This document shows, piece after piece, positions 63,686 to 64,000 of a DNA stretch of 64,000 nucleotides (its first letter is position 1; every line of letters starts with the position of its first letter). The stretch comes from Somniosus microcephalus. Lineage: Eukaryota. A program made the position numbers and the translations under genes. The notes below the pieces were generated by a model. The model was not told the origin of the DNA. It saw only the letters and a program-made list of their open reading frames with translations, and did not search any database. The DNA is taken from positions 38,068,001 to 38,132,000 of the forward strand of contig CM126225.1 of NCBI GenBank assembly GCA_052327205.1. The letters are read 5' to 3'.

Positions 63686-64000
63686 AACCCTCATCCTTGT
63701 TTTCAAATCCCTCCATGGTCTCGCCCCTCCCTATCTGTGTAATCTCCTCCAGCCCCACAACCCTCCGTGATATCTGCGCCGCTCTAATTCTGGCCTCTTG
63801 AGCATCCCCGATTTCAGCCGCTCCACCATTGGCGGCCGTGCCTTCAGCTGCCGAGGCCCTAAGCTCTGGAATTCCCTGCCTAAACACCTCCACCTCGCTA
63901 CCTCTCTCTCCTCCTTTAAGATGCTCCTTAAAACTTTCCTCTTTGAGCTTTTGGTCAACTGCCCTAATATCTCATGATGTGACTCCGTGTCAAATTTTGT
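63686..64000 (+). mobile_element. L2 LINE 3' fragment running off the window
   Basis: CTCATCCTTGTTTTCAAATCCCTCCATGGTCTCGCCCCTCCCTATCTG...GGCGGCCGTGCCTTCAGC...CTCTGGAATTCCCTGCC. Confidence 0.9.

Larger units (their letters stand above)
30466..64000 (+). other. RARA: RARA intron following the alpha-1 exon (orthologue of human intron 2), continuing beyond the window
   Basis: GTAAGT donor at 30466. I found no alpha-2 first exon (MYESV...) or B/C-region exon (TIETQS...) downstream. Confidence 0.75.

Overview
Eukaryotic, repeat-rich DNA from a cartilaginous fish (shark-type SINE, L2, CR1 and Penelope repeats; the species cannot be determined). The only host protein-coding piece I can support is the first coding exon of retinoic acid receptor alpha isoform alpha-1 (RARA; ATG 30291, phase-1 donor after 30465, probable acceptor at 29911/29912). 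The rest of the window is most simply read as the introns on either side of it. These are filled with DeuSINE-type tRNA SINEs, an older unassigned tRNA-like SINE family, L2 and CR1 LINE 3' fragments, three Tigger-like MITEs, several PIF/Harbinger-like elements with 3-bp AWT target duplications, and a hAT-Charlie-like element. Most notable: (1) five Penelope-derived insertions with clear 11-17 bp target-site duplications, four of them retaining whole or partial minimal hammerhead-ribozyme motifs, one with an intact core in sense to RARA intron 2; (2) five uORFs in the RARA alpha-1 leader; (3) a 15 x 55 bp minisatellite born inside an L2 fragment. Almost all ORFs in the track are spurious or TE-derived. 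Repeat family names come from recognition by eye, not database searches, and repeat boundaries without TIRs or TSDs are approximate.
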